DNA of 64,000 nt from contig JBBCJC010000003.1 in NCBI GenBank assembly GCA_037189525.1, positions 672,001 through 736,000 on the forward strand. The letters run 5' to 3'. Below are positions 41,336 to 50,920 of this stretch, in pieces. The notes beneath the pieces were generated by a model. The model did no database searches. It had not been told where the DNA came from and was given only the letters and a program-made list of their open reading frames with translations. Made by a program: the position numbers and the translations under genes. This DNA is from Gemmatimonadales bacterium (GTDB lineage: Bacteria; Gemmatimonadota; Gemmatimonadetes; Gemmatimonadales; GWC2-71-9). Position 1 is the first letter of the stretch. Every line of letters begins with the position of its first letter.

Positions 41336-41898
41336 GCGCTCCCGGTTCTCGGCCCGTGCTGCATCAGCTGGGCGGCGTGGCTTCGGGGCATGGCCATGGA
41401 CACGGGCATGCGGAGCAACCGTATGCGCCGGTGTTCGTCGGCGACGCGCTGGCCGAACTCCAGGCTCTATTCCCGAAGTATCCCACCAAGCGGGCCTGTC
41501 TGTTGCCGGCGCTCTGGATCGTGCAGGAGCGGCGGGGCTGGATTTCACCGGAGGCCATCGACGAGATCGGCACGGTGCTCGAGTTGTCGCCGGCGTACAT
41601 CCGCGGGGTGGCGACGTTCTACACGATGTATCACTTGCATCCCGTCGGCCGGCACTTCATTCAGGTCTGCGGCACCTCGCCGTGCCACCTGTGCGGCTCG
41701 GACCAGGTGCTCGACGCCATCGTCCGCGAAACCGGCTGCGGCGAAGTCGGGGCGACCAGCGCCGACGGCCGGTTCACGGTCGTCGAGGTCGAGTGTCTGG
41801 GCGCCTGCGGTTTTGCGACGCCGGTGCTGATCGATGATGACTTCCACGACAGCGTCACGCCGGAGCAAGTGCCCGGCTTGCTGGCGAGGTATTCCTAA
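41332..41898 (+). CDS. nuoE: NADH-quinone oxidoreductase subunit E
   Basis: GVATFY, CGTSPC, ECLGAC. Confidence 0.95.
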   Translation: MSAPGSRPVLHQLGGVASGHGHGHGHAEQPYAPVFVGDALAELQALFPKYPTKRACLLPALWIVQERRGWISPEAIDEIGTVLELSPAYIRGVATFYTMYHLHPVGRHFIQVCGTSPCHLCGSDQVLDAIVRETGCGEVGATSADGRFTVVEVECLGACGFATPVLIDDDFHDSVTPEQVPGLLARYS

Positions 41899-43205
41899 TG
41901 GGTTATCCGCATCGTCCGCATGCCAAGGAGACGGTCGTCCTGTCCGAATACTTCGGCGACGCCGAGGCGCGGACTTACGACGGCTGGGTCAAGCGGGGCG
42001 GCTATCAGGCGCTCAAGAAGGCGCTGGGCATGACGCCCGACGCAATCATCGAGGAAATCAAAGCCTCGGGATTGCGCGGTCGCGGCGGCGCCGGCTTCCC
42101 GACCGGACTCAAGTGGAGCTTCATGCCGAAGGGCGACGGCAAGCCCCACTATCTCGTCTGCAATGCCGACGAGTCGGAGCCGGGCACGTTCAAAGACCGG
42201 GAAATCATGCGGTGGACGCCGCACCAGCTGATCGAAGGATGCGCCATCGGGGCGTATTCGATCGGGGCGGAGCGCTGCTACATCTACATTCGCGGCGAGT
42301 TCACCGAGCCGTGGCGGATCATGAATGCGGCGGTCGCCGAGGCGTATCAGAACGGCGCGTTGGGCGACAACGTCTTCGGGTCCGGCAAGCGGATCGACAT
42401 CGTGCTGCATCGCGGGGCGGGGGCGTACATCTGCGGTGAAGAGACCGCGATGATGAACTCGATCGAGGGACGGCGCGGCAATCCGCGGATCAAGCCGCCG
42501 TTTCCTGCGCAGGCCGGTCTGTTCGGGATGCCGACGACGATCAACAACGTCGAAACGCTGACGGCCACGAGCCACATCCTGAACCGTGGCGCGGCCTGGT
42601 ATAAAGGCCTCTGCCTCAACAATCCGAAGAGCACCGGGACCAAGCTGTTCTCGGTCTGCGGTCACGTGATGAAGCCCGGGAATTTCGAGATCACCATGGG
42701 CTTCCCGATGAAGGATCTGATCCACGATCTGGCCGGCGGAATGCGGCCGGGACGCCGGCTCAAGGCCGTCATTCCGGGTGGTTCGTCCGTGCCGATCATG
42801 ACGGCCGCGGAAGCCGAAGCGGCGCTCTGCGACTATGAGGGCATCATCGAGAAGGGCTCGATGCTCGGCTCGGCCGGTTTCATCGTGATGGATGACTCGG
42901 CCGATCTGGTCTACGAGATCTATCGGCTCGCCAAGTTCTATGCGCACGAGTCGTGTGCGCAGTGCACCCAGTGCCGGGAAGGGACGGCCTGGACCACCAA
43001 GATCCTGGAGCGGATCTTGAAGGGCGAGGGCAAGCCGTCCGATCTGGATCTGCTGCTCGACCTCTCGGATCAGATGACGGGTAAGACGATCTGCGTGTTG
43101 AGCGATTCCTGCGCAACGCCGATCGTCAGCGGCATCAAGAAGTTCCCGGAAGAATTCGAAGCGTACCTGAGTCGGGCCAAGGCGCCGGCCCTGGCGGCCG
43201 TATGA
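41898..43205 (+). CDS. nuoF: NADH-quinone oxidoreductase subunit F
   Basis: GLRGRGGAGFP, NADESEPGT, GAGAYICGEET, ESCAQCTQCREG. Confidence 0.97.
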   Translation: MGYPHRPHAKETVVLSEYFGDAEARTYDGWVKRGGYQALKKALGMTPDAIIEEIKASGLRGRGGAGFPTGLKWSFMPKGDGKPHYLVCNADESEPGTFKDREIMRWTPHQLIEGCAIGAYSIGAERCYIYIRGEFTEPWRIMNAAVAEAYQNGALGDNVFGSGKRIDIVLHRGAGAYICGEETAMMNSIEGRRGNPRIKPPFPAQAGLFGMPTTINNVETLTATSHILNRGAAWYKGLCLNNPKSTGTKLFSVCGHVMKPGNFEITMGFPMKDLIHDLAGGMRPGRRLKAVIPGGSSVPIMTAAEAEAALCDYEGIIEKGSMLGSAGFIVMDDSADLVYEIYRLAKFYAHESCAQCTQCREGTAWTTKILERILKGEGKPSDLDLLLDLSDQMTGKTICVLSDSCATPIVSGIKKFPEEFEAYLSRAKAPALAAV

Positions 43206-44767
43206 GCGAACTCGTCAACGTAACTATCGACGGCGTGTCGGTGTCGGTGCCGAAGGGCACCTCGATCATCGAGGCTGCCAAGCAGGCGGGCGTTCTGGTC
43301 CCGCACTATTGCTACCATCCGTCGCTGCCGTCGCCTGCGGTGTGCCGCATGTGCCTGGTCGAGGTCGAAAAGGCCCCCAAGCTCTTACCGGCCTGCGTCA
43401 CCACGGTGGCCGACGGCAATGTGATTCACGTCAACAGCGCCGCGGCCAAGAAGGCGCGCGAAGCCGTCCTCGAGTTCCTGCTGATCAACCATCCGCTCGA
43501 TTGCCCGATCTGCGATCAGGCCGGCGAATGCGAGCTGCAGGACTATGTCTTCCAGGAGGGCCGGCCGGGTACCCGCTACGCGGACTATGCCAAGCGGTAC
43601 AATCCGGTCGAGGACTTCGGCCCCGACGTGTTGTACGTCGCCAACCGCTGCATTCTCTGCACCCGCTGCGTTCGCTTCATGGAGAATGTGGCCGACGAAC
43701 CGGTGCTCAACGTCTCGGAGCGCGGCGATCGGGCCTTCATCGGGATCGATCCCGACCATCTGCTGAGCCATCCCTGGTCCGGCAACGTGGTCGACCTCTG
43801 CCCGGTCGGGTCGCTGATCTCCAAGGACTTCTTGCACAAAGCGCGGGCCTGGGATCTCGACAAGACGGCGAGTATCTGCCCGGGATGCACCCAGGGCTGC
43901 AACATCATGGTCGATACCCGCGACGAAGTGGTCGTGCGGCTCAGGCCGCGGCCCAATCTCGAGGTCAATCGCCATTTCATCTGTGATACCGGCCGCCTCG
44001 ACTACCGCTGGATGAACCGCGGCGATCGGATCGAGGTGCCGCTGGTCCGCGACGGTGCCCGGTTGGCGCCGATCGACTGGGACGACGCCATCGAGCGGCT
44101 GGCGTCGTTGGTGCGCGATGCCAAGTCGATCACTGTGCTCGCTTCCGGACGGGCGTCGACCGAAGCCCTCGGCACGGTGGCGCGACTGGTGCGCCGGGCC
44201 GATGTGACGGCGGTGGTCAAGGTTCCGACGGGTCCGGAAGCGCCGCTGGCCGGGGTGCCCAACCTGTCGCTGCGCGCCGAGCGGGTGCCCAATCTCAACG
44301 GGGCGCAGTTGCTCGGGTACACGGCGGATTGGGCGGCGGGCATTGCCTCTGCCCAGCGAGCGGACCTGGTTCTGGTGCTCGACGCCGACCTCGACGATCG
44401 CGACCTGGCCGCGGTGGCCGGTGCCAAGGCGGTGGTCTTGATCGGCACGGTCGATGATGATCGTCTCGAGCGCGCCACGTTGGTGCTGCCCACCACGAAC
44501 ATGGTCGAAGAGAACGGGACCTACGTCAACCGGGACAACCGGGTGCAACGGTACTTCCAGGCCAAGGGCGCGCCCGGGATGGCGCGGCCGGCCTGGTGGA
44601 TCGGAGCGAGTGCCGCGGCCGAACTCGACGGCGGGTCGGTCCCGGCCACGGCCGGCGACGCTTTTGCCGAACTGACCCAAGCGGTCACGACGTTCGATGA
44701 CCTCACCTACCAGGATCTGGGCTTTGTCGGCCGGGTCGTCGGCCGGACGGCGGAGGCGCTGCGATGA
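43202..44767 (+). CDS. nuoG: NADH-quinone oxidoreductase subunit G (short form, 521 aa)
   Basis: CYHP...CRMC, HPLDCPICDQAGEC, CILCTRC, CPGCTQGC. Confidence 0.93.
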   Translation: MSELVNVTIDGVSVSVPKGTSIIEAAKQAGVLVPHYCYHPSLPSPAVCRMCLVEVEKAPKLLPACVTTVADGNVIHVNSAAAKKAREAVLEFLLINHPLDCPICDQAGECELQDYVFQEGRPGTRYADYAKRYNPVEDFGPDVLYVANRCILCTRCVRFMENVADEPVLNVSERGDRAFIGIDPDHLLSHPWSGNVVDLCPVGSLISKDFLHKARAWDLDKTASICPGCTQGCNIMVDTRDEVVVRLRPRPNLEVNRHFICDTGRLDYRWMNRGDRIEVPLVRDGARLAPIDWDDAIERLASLVRDAKSITVLASGRASTEALGTVARLVRRADVTAVVKVPTGPEAPLAGVPNLSLRAERVPNLNGAQLLGYTADWAAGIASAQRADLVLVLDADLDDRDLAAVAGAKAVVLIGTVDDDRLERATLVLPTTNMVEENGTYVNRDNRVQRYFQAKGAPGMARPAWWIGASAAAELDGGSVPATAGDAFAELTQAVTTFDDLTYQDLGFVGRVVGRTAEALR

Positions 44768-45990
44768 CGCCCGAAACCAAGGGGCTCCTGATTCTGTCGT
44801 CACTCAAGATGCTCGTGGTCTTTACGGTCACGATGGTCGGCGTGGCGATGATGACCTGGATGGAGCGGAAAGTCTGTTCGTGGATGCAGAACCGCCGCGG
44901 CCCCAATCGGGTGGGCTGGGCGGGGCTGCTGCAACCCGCAGCCGATGGGCTCAAGAACATCGTCAAGGAAGAGACGTTCCCGGAGGAGGCCAACAGCTTC
45001 CTCTTCATCCTGGCGCCGGCCATGGCCTTCATTCCGGCGCTGCTGCTCGGGTCGGTAATTCCCTGGGGCGCGCCGATTCAGGTCGATTTCGACTGGCAGC
45101 TGCCGCTGCTCGGAGCGGTGTCGTACCACGGCCTGTTGCCGCTGTCGGTCATCGATCTGCCGATCGGGTTCCTGTTCGTCTTTGCGATCAGTTCGCTCGG
45201 TATCTACGGCATCGTGCTCGCCGGCTGGGCATCGAACAGCAAGTACAGCATGCTGGGCGGCCTGCGCGCGACGGCCCAGATGGTTTCCTATGAAGTCGCG
45301 CTGGGCTTGAGCCTGGTGCCGGTGTTGCTGGTGGCGGGGAACCCGACCTTCTCGCAGATCATCAGCGCGCAGCAGAGCGGGCCGTTGTCATGGTTTGCGC
45401 TCCAGCTGACGGTGGCGTTCTTCGTCTTCATGGTGGCGGCGTTTGCGGAAACCAATCGGTTGCCGTTCGACATGCCTGAGGCCGAGTCCGAGCTGATTGC
45501 CGGATACCACACCGAATACTCGGCCATGAAGTTCTCGATGTTCTTCATTGCCGAGTATGCCAACATCCTGACCATGTCGGCGATGATGGCGACACTGTTC
45601 TTCGGCGGCTGGGACATCCCGTTCACGAGTTGGGATCAGGGCGGCTCGCTCGTGGCGACGATCGCGACGGCGGCCATGATGTTCCTCAAGACGACCTTCT
45701 TCGTGTTCTTCTTCATGTGGATTCGCTGGACTCTGCCGCGGTTCCGCTATGACCAGCTGATGTCGCTCGGGTGGAAGTTCATGATTCCACTCGCGCTGGT
45801 CTATGTCGTCGTGGTGGCGCTGGTGATGTGGGGCATCGAAAGTGTGGCCGGGATCACGAGCCCGCTGGTCAAGTCGCTCGTCTTCCTGGGTATCAACGTG
45901 GTCGCGTGTTACGTGATCTTCTTCATTCTCGACCGGGGTACGCTGGTGTCGGGATCGTACCGTCGCGCCGTAGGCGCGGCGAGGGGCTGA
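44764..45990 (+). CDS. nuoH: NADH-quinone oxidoreductase subunit H
   Basis: RGPNRVG, QPAADGLK, AETNRLPFDMPEAESEL, PRFRYDQ. Confidence 0.97.
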   Translation: MTPETKGLLILSSLKMLVVFTVTMVGVAMMTWMERKVCSWMQNRRGPNRVGWAGLLQPAADGLKNIVKEETFPEEANSFLFILAPAMAFIPALLLGSVIPWGAPIQVDFDWQLPLLGAVSYHGLLPLSVIDLPIGFLFVFAISSLGIYGIVLAGWASNSKYSMLGGLRATAQMVSYEVALGLSLVPVLLVAGNPTFSQIISAQQSGPLSWFALQLTVAFFVFMVAAFAETNRLPFDMPEAESELIAGYHTEYSAMKFSMFFIAEYANILTMSAMMATLFFGGWDIPFTSWDQGGSLVATIATAAMMFLKTTFFVFFFMWIRWTLPRFRYDQLMSLGWKFMIPLALVYVVVVALVMWGIESVAGITSPLVKSLVFLGINVVACYVIFFILDRGTLVSGSYRRAVGAARG

Positions 45991-45994
45991 GCAT

Positions 45995-46513
45995 ATGGCG
46001 ATCGGCGTCAAGGTCATGAAGCGCCCGGAGCGTGAGATGAGTTACATCCGCGCGACGCTCAAGGGGCTGTCATTGACCTTCAAGAACATGTTCCGCACCA
46101 AAGTCACCATGCAGTACCCGGAAGAGCGGAGTACGGCGGATGAGCGCGGCAGCTACACGCTCTCGCCCCGGTGGCGGGGAACCCACCGGATGCTGGCGGA
46201 CGAGCAGGGGCGGTCCAAGTGCGTCGCCTGCGGACTCTGCCCGCAGATCTGCCCAGCCAACTGCATCAAGCTGGTGCCCGGCGAAGACGAAGAGGGCAAC
46301 CGGTACCCGCTGATCTACGAGATCGACGAGTTCCGCTGCGTCTTCTGCGGTTACTGCCAGGAAGTCTGTCCCGAGGAGGCGATCCACGTCGGCGTGCATT
46401 ATGAAAACGCCGAGTACAGCCGGGACCGGTTCGTCTATGATCTGGAGCGCCTGACATCGCAGACCCATCCGGTGTCGTCGCTCTGGGATCCCGCCGATCC
46501 GCGGGGGCAGTAA
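45995..46513 (+). CDS. nuoI: NADH-quinone oxidoreductase subunit I
   Basis: CVACGLCPQICP, CVFCGYCQEVCP. Confidence 0.96.
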   Translation: MAIGVKVMKRPEREMSYIRATLKGLSLTFKNMFRTKVTMQYPEERSTADERGSYTLSPRWRGTHRMLADEQGRSKCVACGLCPQICPANCIKLVPGEDEEGNRYPLIYEIDEFRCVFCGYCQEVCPEEAIHVGVHYENAEYSRDRFVYDLERLTSQTHPVSSLWDPADPRGQ

Positions 46514-47073
46514 TGGTCGAATTCGTCTTCTACACGCTGGCGATCATGGCGGTCGTCTCGGCGATCCTCTGTATCACCCGGCAGAGTCCGGTGCCGGCGG
46601 CATTGTGGCTCGTGTCGACCATGTTTTCGCTGGCGGGGATCTACGTCCTGCTCAACGCGCAGTTCATCGCCGCGATGCAGGTTCTGGTCTACGCCGGTGC
46701 CATCATGGTGCTCTTCCTGTTCGTCATCATGCTGCTCAATCTGGGGCGGGGTGAGGAGTCGGATCTCAAGAAGGGGCCCATCGTGGGCGTCGCGGCGGCG
46801 CTGGGCATTGCGCTGATTGCTGCGCTGTGGGTCGTGCGCGGTACCTCGACCGCCAGCCTCGCCGCGGCGCTGGGCACGGTGCCCGGGGCTTCCGGTCCGT
46901 CGGCGGCGCTGCCGGGCGCGGCGGCCGTCCATGCCACCGAGTCGTTCACCAATGCGGTCGGGGCGGTTGCCTCGCCGATGTTCCGTACCTATCTCGTGCC
47001 GTTCGAACTCACCTCGGTGCTGCTGCTGGCCGCGGCGGTGGGAGCGGTCGTGCTCGCGAAACGGAAGATCTGA
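46513..47073 (+). CDS. nuoJ: NADH-quinone oxidoreductase subunit J
   Basis: [30 protein letters not shown]. Confidence 0.96.
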   Translation: MVEFVFYTLAIMAVVSAILCITRQSPVPAALWLVSTMFSLAGIYVLLNAQFIAAMQVLVYAGAIMVLFLFVIMLLNLGRGEESDLKKGPIVGVAAALGIALIAALWVVRGTSTASLAAALGTVPGASGPSAALPGAAAVHATESFTNAVGAVASPMFRTYLVPFELTSVLLLAAAVGAVVLAKRKI

Positions 47074-47369
47074 TGCTCCTGGAACATTCGCTCATCCTGT
47101 CGGCGGCCCTCTTCACGATCGGTGTCGTGGGCGTGATGATCCGCCGCAATGCGATCGTGCTGTTCATGTGCGTCGAGCTGATGCTCAACGCCGTGAACCT
47201 CTCGTTCGTGGCGCTGTCGACGGCGCACGGCTTTACCGGACAGGTCATGGTGTTCTTCGTCATGACCGTCGCGGCAGCCGAGGCGGCCGTGGGCCTGGCC
47301 ATCATTCTCGCGATCTTCCGGCATACCCGGTCGGTTGACCTCAAGACCATGAACCTGCTGCAAGGCTGA
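47073..47369 (+). CDS. nuoK: NADH-quinone oxidoreductase subunit K
   Basis: [30 protein letters not shown]. Confidence 0.96.
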   Translation: MLLEHSLILSAALFTIGVVGVMIRRNAIVLFMCVELMLNAVNLSFVALSTAHGFTGQVMVFFVMTVAAAEAAVGLAIILAIFRHTRSVDLKTMNLLQG

Positions 47370-49345
47370 TGAATCCCTCCTGGATTTGGCTGGCCATCGC
47401 GCTTCCGTTCGCCGGCTTTCTGGTGAACGGCACGCTCGCCCTGGTCAAGCCTGATGCGAAGCGGCTGGTCACATTGGTCGGCCCTGGTGTGCTGCTGGCG
47501 GCCTTTGCCGTCGCGGCGTCGGTGTTCGTCGGCTTTGCCGGGCAGCCGCCTCAAGCCCCGGTCATCGTGCCGCTCTGGACCTGGATCGCGACCGGTGCGC
47601 TCGATCTCGGCTTCTCTCTGCAGGTGGACCAGCTCTCGCTCGTGATGCTGCTGGTCATCACCGGGGTCGGCAGCCTGATCCACATCTTCAGCGTCGGCTA
47701 CATGTCGTCGGATCCGGGGTACGCGAAGTTCTTCGCCTACCTGAATCTGTTCGTCGTGTTCATGCTGGTGCTGGTGCTGGGGTCGAGTCTGCCGGTGCTG
47801 TTCATCGGCTGGGAAGGCGTCGGTCTCTGTTCGTATCTGCTGATCGGCTTCTGGTACCAGGACAAGGCCAACGCCGATGCCGGTAAGAAGGCCTTCATCG
47901 TCAACCGGATCGGCGACCTCGGCGTTCTGATCGCGATGTTCCTGATCTTCTGGTCGCTCGGTACGCTCGAGTTCCGGGAAATTGCCGAGCGCGCGCCGAG
48001 CGGGCTGCTGGTGGGCGGCGGCCTGGTTACGGCGATCACGCTCTTCCTGTTCCTGGGCTGCACCGGCAAGTCGGCGCAGATTCCGCTCTTTACCTGGCTG
48101 CCGGACGCCATGGCGGGTCCGACGCCGGTGTCGGCGCTGATCCACGCGGCCACGATGGTTACGGCCGGCGTGTACCTGATTGCCCGGACCAGTGTCCTGT
48201 TCGCGATGGCGCCGCTCTCGAGCGCCATCGTGGCGGGCGTCGGCGCGCTGACCGCGCTCTTCGCGGCGTCGATCGGTCTACGCCAGTATGACATCAAGAA
48301 AGTTCTTGCCTATTCGACCGTGTCCCAGCTGGGCTACATGTTCCTGGGCGTCGGGTCGGCGGCGTACACGGCGGGCGTCTTTCATCTGGTGACGCACGCC
48401 TTCTTCAAGGCACTCCTCTTTCTCGGCTCGGGCAGCGTGATCCACGCGATGCACCATGCGTATCATGCCACCCACAGCCACGACGACGCGCAGGACATGC
48501 GGAATATGGGCGGCCTCAAGAAGTACATGCCGGCCACCTATATCCTGATGCTGCTCTCGACGCTGGCCATTGCGGGCGTGCCGCCGTTCTCGGGCTTCTT
48601 CTCCAAGGATGAGATCCTGGCCACGGCGTTCGGGCGGGCGCACGAGCACCCGATCTACTACGTCTTCTGGGCCATGGGCGCGATCGCGGCGCTGCTGACG
48701 GCGTTCTACATGATGCGCCTGATCGCGATGACCTTCCTGGGCGAGAATCGCACCGGCGCCAAGGAGCAGGAGCATTTGCATGAGGCGCCGGCGGTCATGA
48801 CCGGTCCGCTCGTCGTGCTCGGCGTGCTGGCGGTCATCGGCGGGGTGCTCAACCTGCCGAGCTTCTGGCCGACCGGTCCGCACCATGTGCTCGAGAACTG
48901 GCTCGAGCCCGTGCTCGCGCCGGCCGCCGTCTTCATGCAGGCGCAACATCCGCACGGGGCGACCGAATACATCCTGATCGGCCTGGCCATCGCGATCGCC
49001 GTGGCGGGGTTGTACGCGGGCTATCGGACTACGCTCGCCAAGCCGATTCCGGTTGCCAAGCAGGCGCCGGAAGAGGTCGGCTTTGCCAAGGTCCTCTTCA
49101 ACAAGTACTACATCGACGAGATCTATCAGTCGCTCATCGTCCGGCCGCTGGTCGGCGGTTCGCGCTATATCCTCTGGAAGTTCTTCGACCAGGGCGTCAT
49201 CGATGGACTGGGTGTCAATGGTTCCGGCGGCTTGGCCCGCGGGATCGGCTGGCTGGGCAGCCGGTTGCAGACCGGCCAACTCGGCTTCTATGTCCTCGTG
49301 TTCGTGGTCGGCGCCGTCTGGCTCGTCCACGCCGTGAACCGATAA
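47369..49345 (+). CDS. nuoL: NADH-quinone oxidoreductase subunit L
   Basis: GWEGVGLCSYLLIGF, KSAQIPL..WLPDAMAGPTPVSALIHAATM. Confidence 0.97.
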   Translation: MNPSWIWLAIALPFAGFLVNGTLALVKPDAKRLVTLVGPGVLLAAFAVAASVFVGFAGQPPQAPVIVPLWTWIATGALDLGFSLQVDQLSLVMLLVITGVGSLIHIFSVGYMSSDPGYAKFFAYLNLFVVFMLVLVLGSSLPVLFIGWEGVGLCSYLLIGFWYQDKANADAGKKAFIVNRIGDLGVLIAMFLIFWSLGTLEFREIAERAPSGLLVGGGLVTAITLFLFLGCTGKSAQIPLFTWLPDAMAGPTPVSALIHAATMVTAGVYLIARTSVLFAMAPLSSAIVAGVGALTALFAASIGLRQYDIKKVLAYSTVSQLGYMFLGVGSAAYTAGVFHLVTHAFFKALLFLGSGSVIHAMHHAYHATHSHDDAQDMRNMGGLKKYMPATYILMLLSTLAIAGVPPFSGFFSKDEILATAFGRAHEHPIYYVFWAMGAIAALLTAFYMMRLIAMTFLGENRTGAKEQEHLHEAPAVMTGPLVVLGVLAVIGGVLNLPSFWPTGPHHVLENWLEPVLAPAAVFMQAQHPHGATEYILIGLAIAIAVAGLYAGYRTTLAKPIPVAKQAPEEVGFAKVLFNKYYIDEIYQSLIVRPLVGGSRYILWKFFDQGVIDGLGVNGSGGLARGIGWLGSRLQTGQLGFYVLVFVVGAVWLVHAVNR

Positions 49346-49354
49346 GGTCGCGCC

Positions 49355-50920
49355 ATGGAAAACTTTCTCGCTTCGATCGGGTACAACGGGTGGATCCTGC
49401 ACGTGCTGCTGCTGGTTCCGGCACTGGCCGCGATCCCCGTGTTCCTGAGTTCGCCGGCGATGGCCAAGCGGCTTGCGCTGCTGGCGACCGTGGTGGAACT
49501 GGTGCTCTCGCTGGGGCTCTGGTGGTCGGTCGATACCAGTACCGGAACCATGGAACTGGTCTCCACGTTCGCGTGGATTCCGCAGTGGGGCATTTCGTAC
49601 GCGGTCGGGATCGACGGGATCTCGCTCATGATGGTGCTGTTGAGCACGCTCCTGATGCCGCTTTGCGTCCTGGGCAGCTACAACTACATCACCCAGCGTG
49701 AACCGGCCTACTACGCGCTCCTGCTGATTCTGACGACGGGCATGATCGGGGTCTTCATCGCCACCGACATGTTCCTGTTCTATGTGTTCTGGGAAGTCAT
49801 GCTGATCCCGATGTACTTCCTGATCGGCGTGTGGGGCGGCAAGAACCGGCTGTATGCGACGCTCAAGTTCTTCATCTACACGATGGCGGGCTCGCTGCTC
49901 ATGCTGGTCGCGATCATCGTGATGGTCCGGATTGCCGCCGTCTCCAGCGGCACCGTCTCCTTCTCGTACTTCCATCTGTTGCAGTATTCGACCGGGGCGG
50001 CCATGACCCGGGCAGCGCCGCTGCTCTTCCTGGCTTTCTTCCTGGCCTTTGCCATCAAGGTCCCGATCTTCCCGTTCCACACCTGGCTGCCGGATGCGCA
50101 CGTCGAGGCGCCGACGGCCGGATCGGTCATCCTGGCCAGTGTCCTCCTCAAGATGGGGACCTACGGCTTCCTGCGCTTTGCGATTCCGTTCTTCCCGAGC
50201 GTGGCTTTCAGCGACTTCGTGAGCTCGACGGTCGTGGCGCTGGCGGTGATCGGGATCGTCTACGGGGCGCTGGTCGCGATGGTGCAACCCGACTTCAAGA
50301 AACTGGTGGCCTACTCCTCGGTCAGTCACCTCGGCTTCGTGATGCTCGGGATTTGGGCCGCGTCGGTGCAGGGGGTCCAGGGCGCGCTGATGGTGATGAT
50401 CGGTCACGGTTTCTCGACCGGCGCACTCTTCTTCCTGATCGGCATGCTGTACGAGCGCCGGCATACCCGGGAACTCAGCGACTACGGCGGGATTGCCAAG
50501 GTGGTGCCCATCTTCAGCATTCTGCTGACCGTGGTTGCGCTGGCCTCGATCGGGTTGCCTGGGCTCAACGGCTTCGTCGGTGAATTCCTCGTGCTGGTCG
50601 GGTCCTTCAAGGCCTTCCCGATTGCCACCGGTCTGGCGACAACGGGGGTCATCTTTGCCGCGGCGTATCTGCTCTGGGCGCTGCAGCGGATCATCTTCAA
50701 CCCGCTCGATAAGCCGGTCAATCAGACCATTCGCGACCTGGATCGGCGCGAGCTGCTGGTTCTGGCCCCGCTCATTCTCGGGATCATCTGGATGGGGCTC
50801 TATCCCAAACCGGTGCTCGACCGGATGGAGCCGGCGGCCAAGCAGTACATCATGCGCGCCAAGGGCGGCGCCCCGATCGATGGCGCGCAGCCGATTACCG
50901 TGGGGAGCGTGAACCGATGA
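49355..50920 (+). CDS. nuoM: NADH-quinone oxidoreductase subunit M
   Basis: FWEVMLIP, FHTWLPDAHVEAP, LLKMGTYG. Confidence 0.97.
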   Translation: MENFLASIGYNGWILHVLLLVPALAAIPVFLSSPAMAKRLALLATVVELVLSLGLWWSVDTSTGTMELVSTFAWIPQWGISYAVGIDGISLMMVLLSTLLMPLCVLGSYNYITQREPAYYALLLILTTGMIGVFIATDMFLFYVFWEVMLIPMYFLIGVWGGKNRLYATLKFFIYTMAGSLLMLVAIIVMVRIAAVSSGTVSFSYFHLLQYSTGAAMTRAAPLLFLAFFLAFAIKVPIFPFHTWLPDAHVEAPTAGSVILASVLLKMGTYGFLRFAIPFFPSVAFSDFVSSTVVALAVIGIVYGALVAMVQPDFKKLVAYSSVSHLGFVMLGIWAASVQGVQGALMVMIGHGFSTGALFFLIGMLYERRHTRELSDYGGIAKVVPIFSILLTVVALASIGLPGLNGFVGEFLVLVGSFKAFPIATGLATTGVIFAAAYLLWALQRIIFNPLDKPVNQTIRDLDRRELLVLAPLILGIIWMGLYPKPVLDRMEPAAKQYIMRAKGGAPIDGAQPITVGSVNR

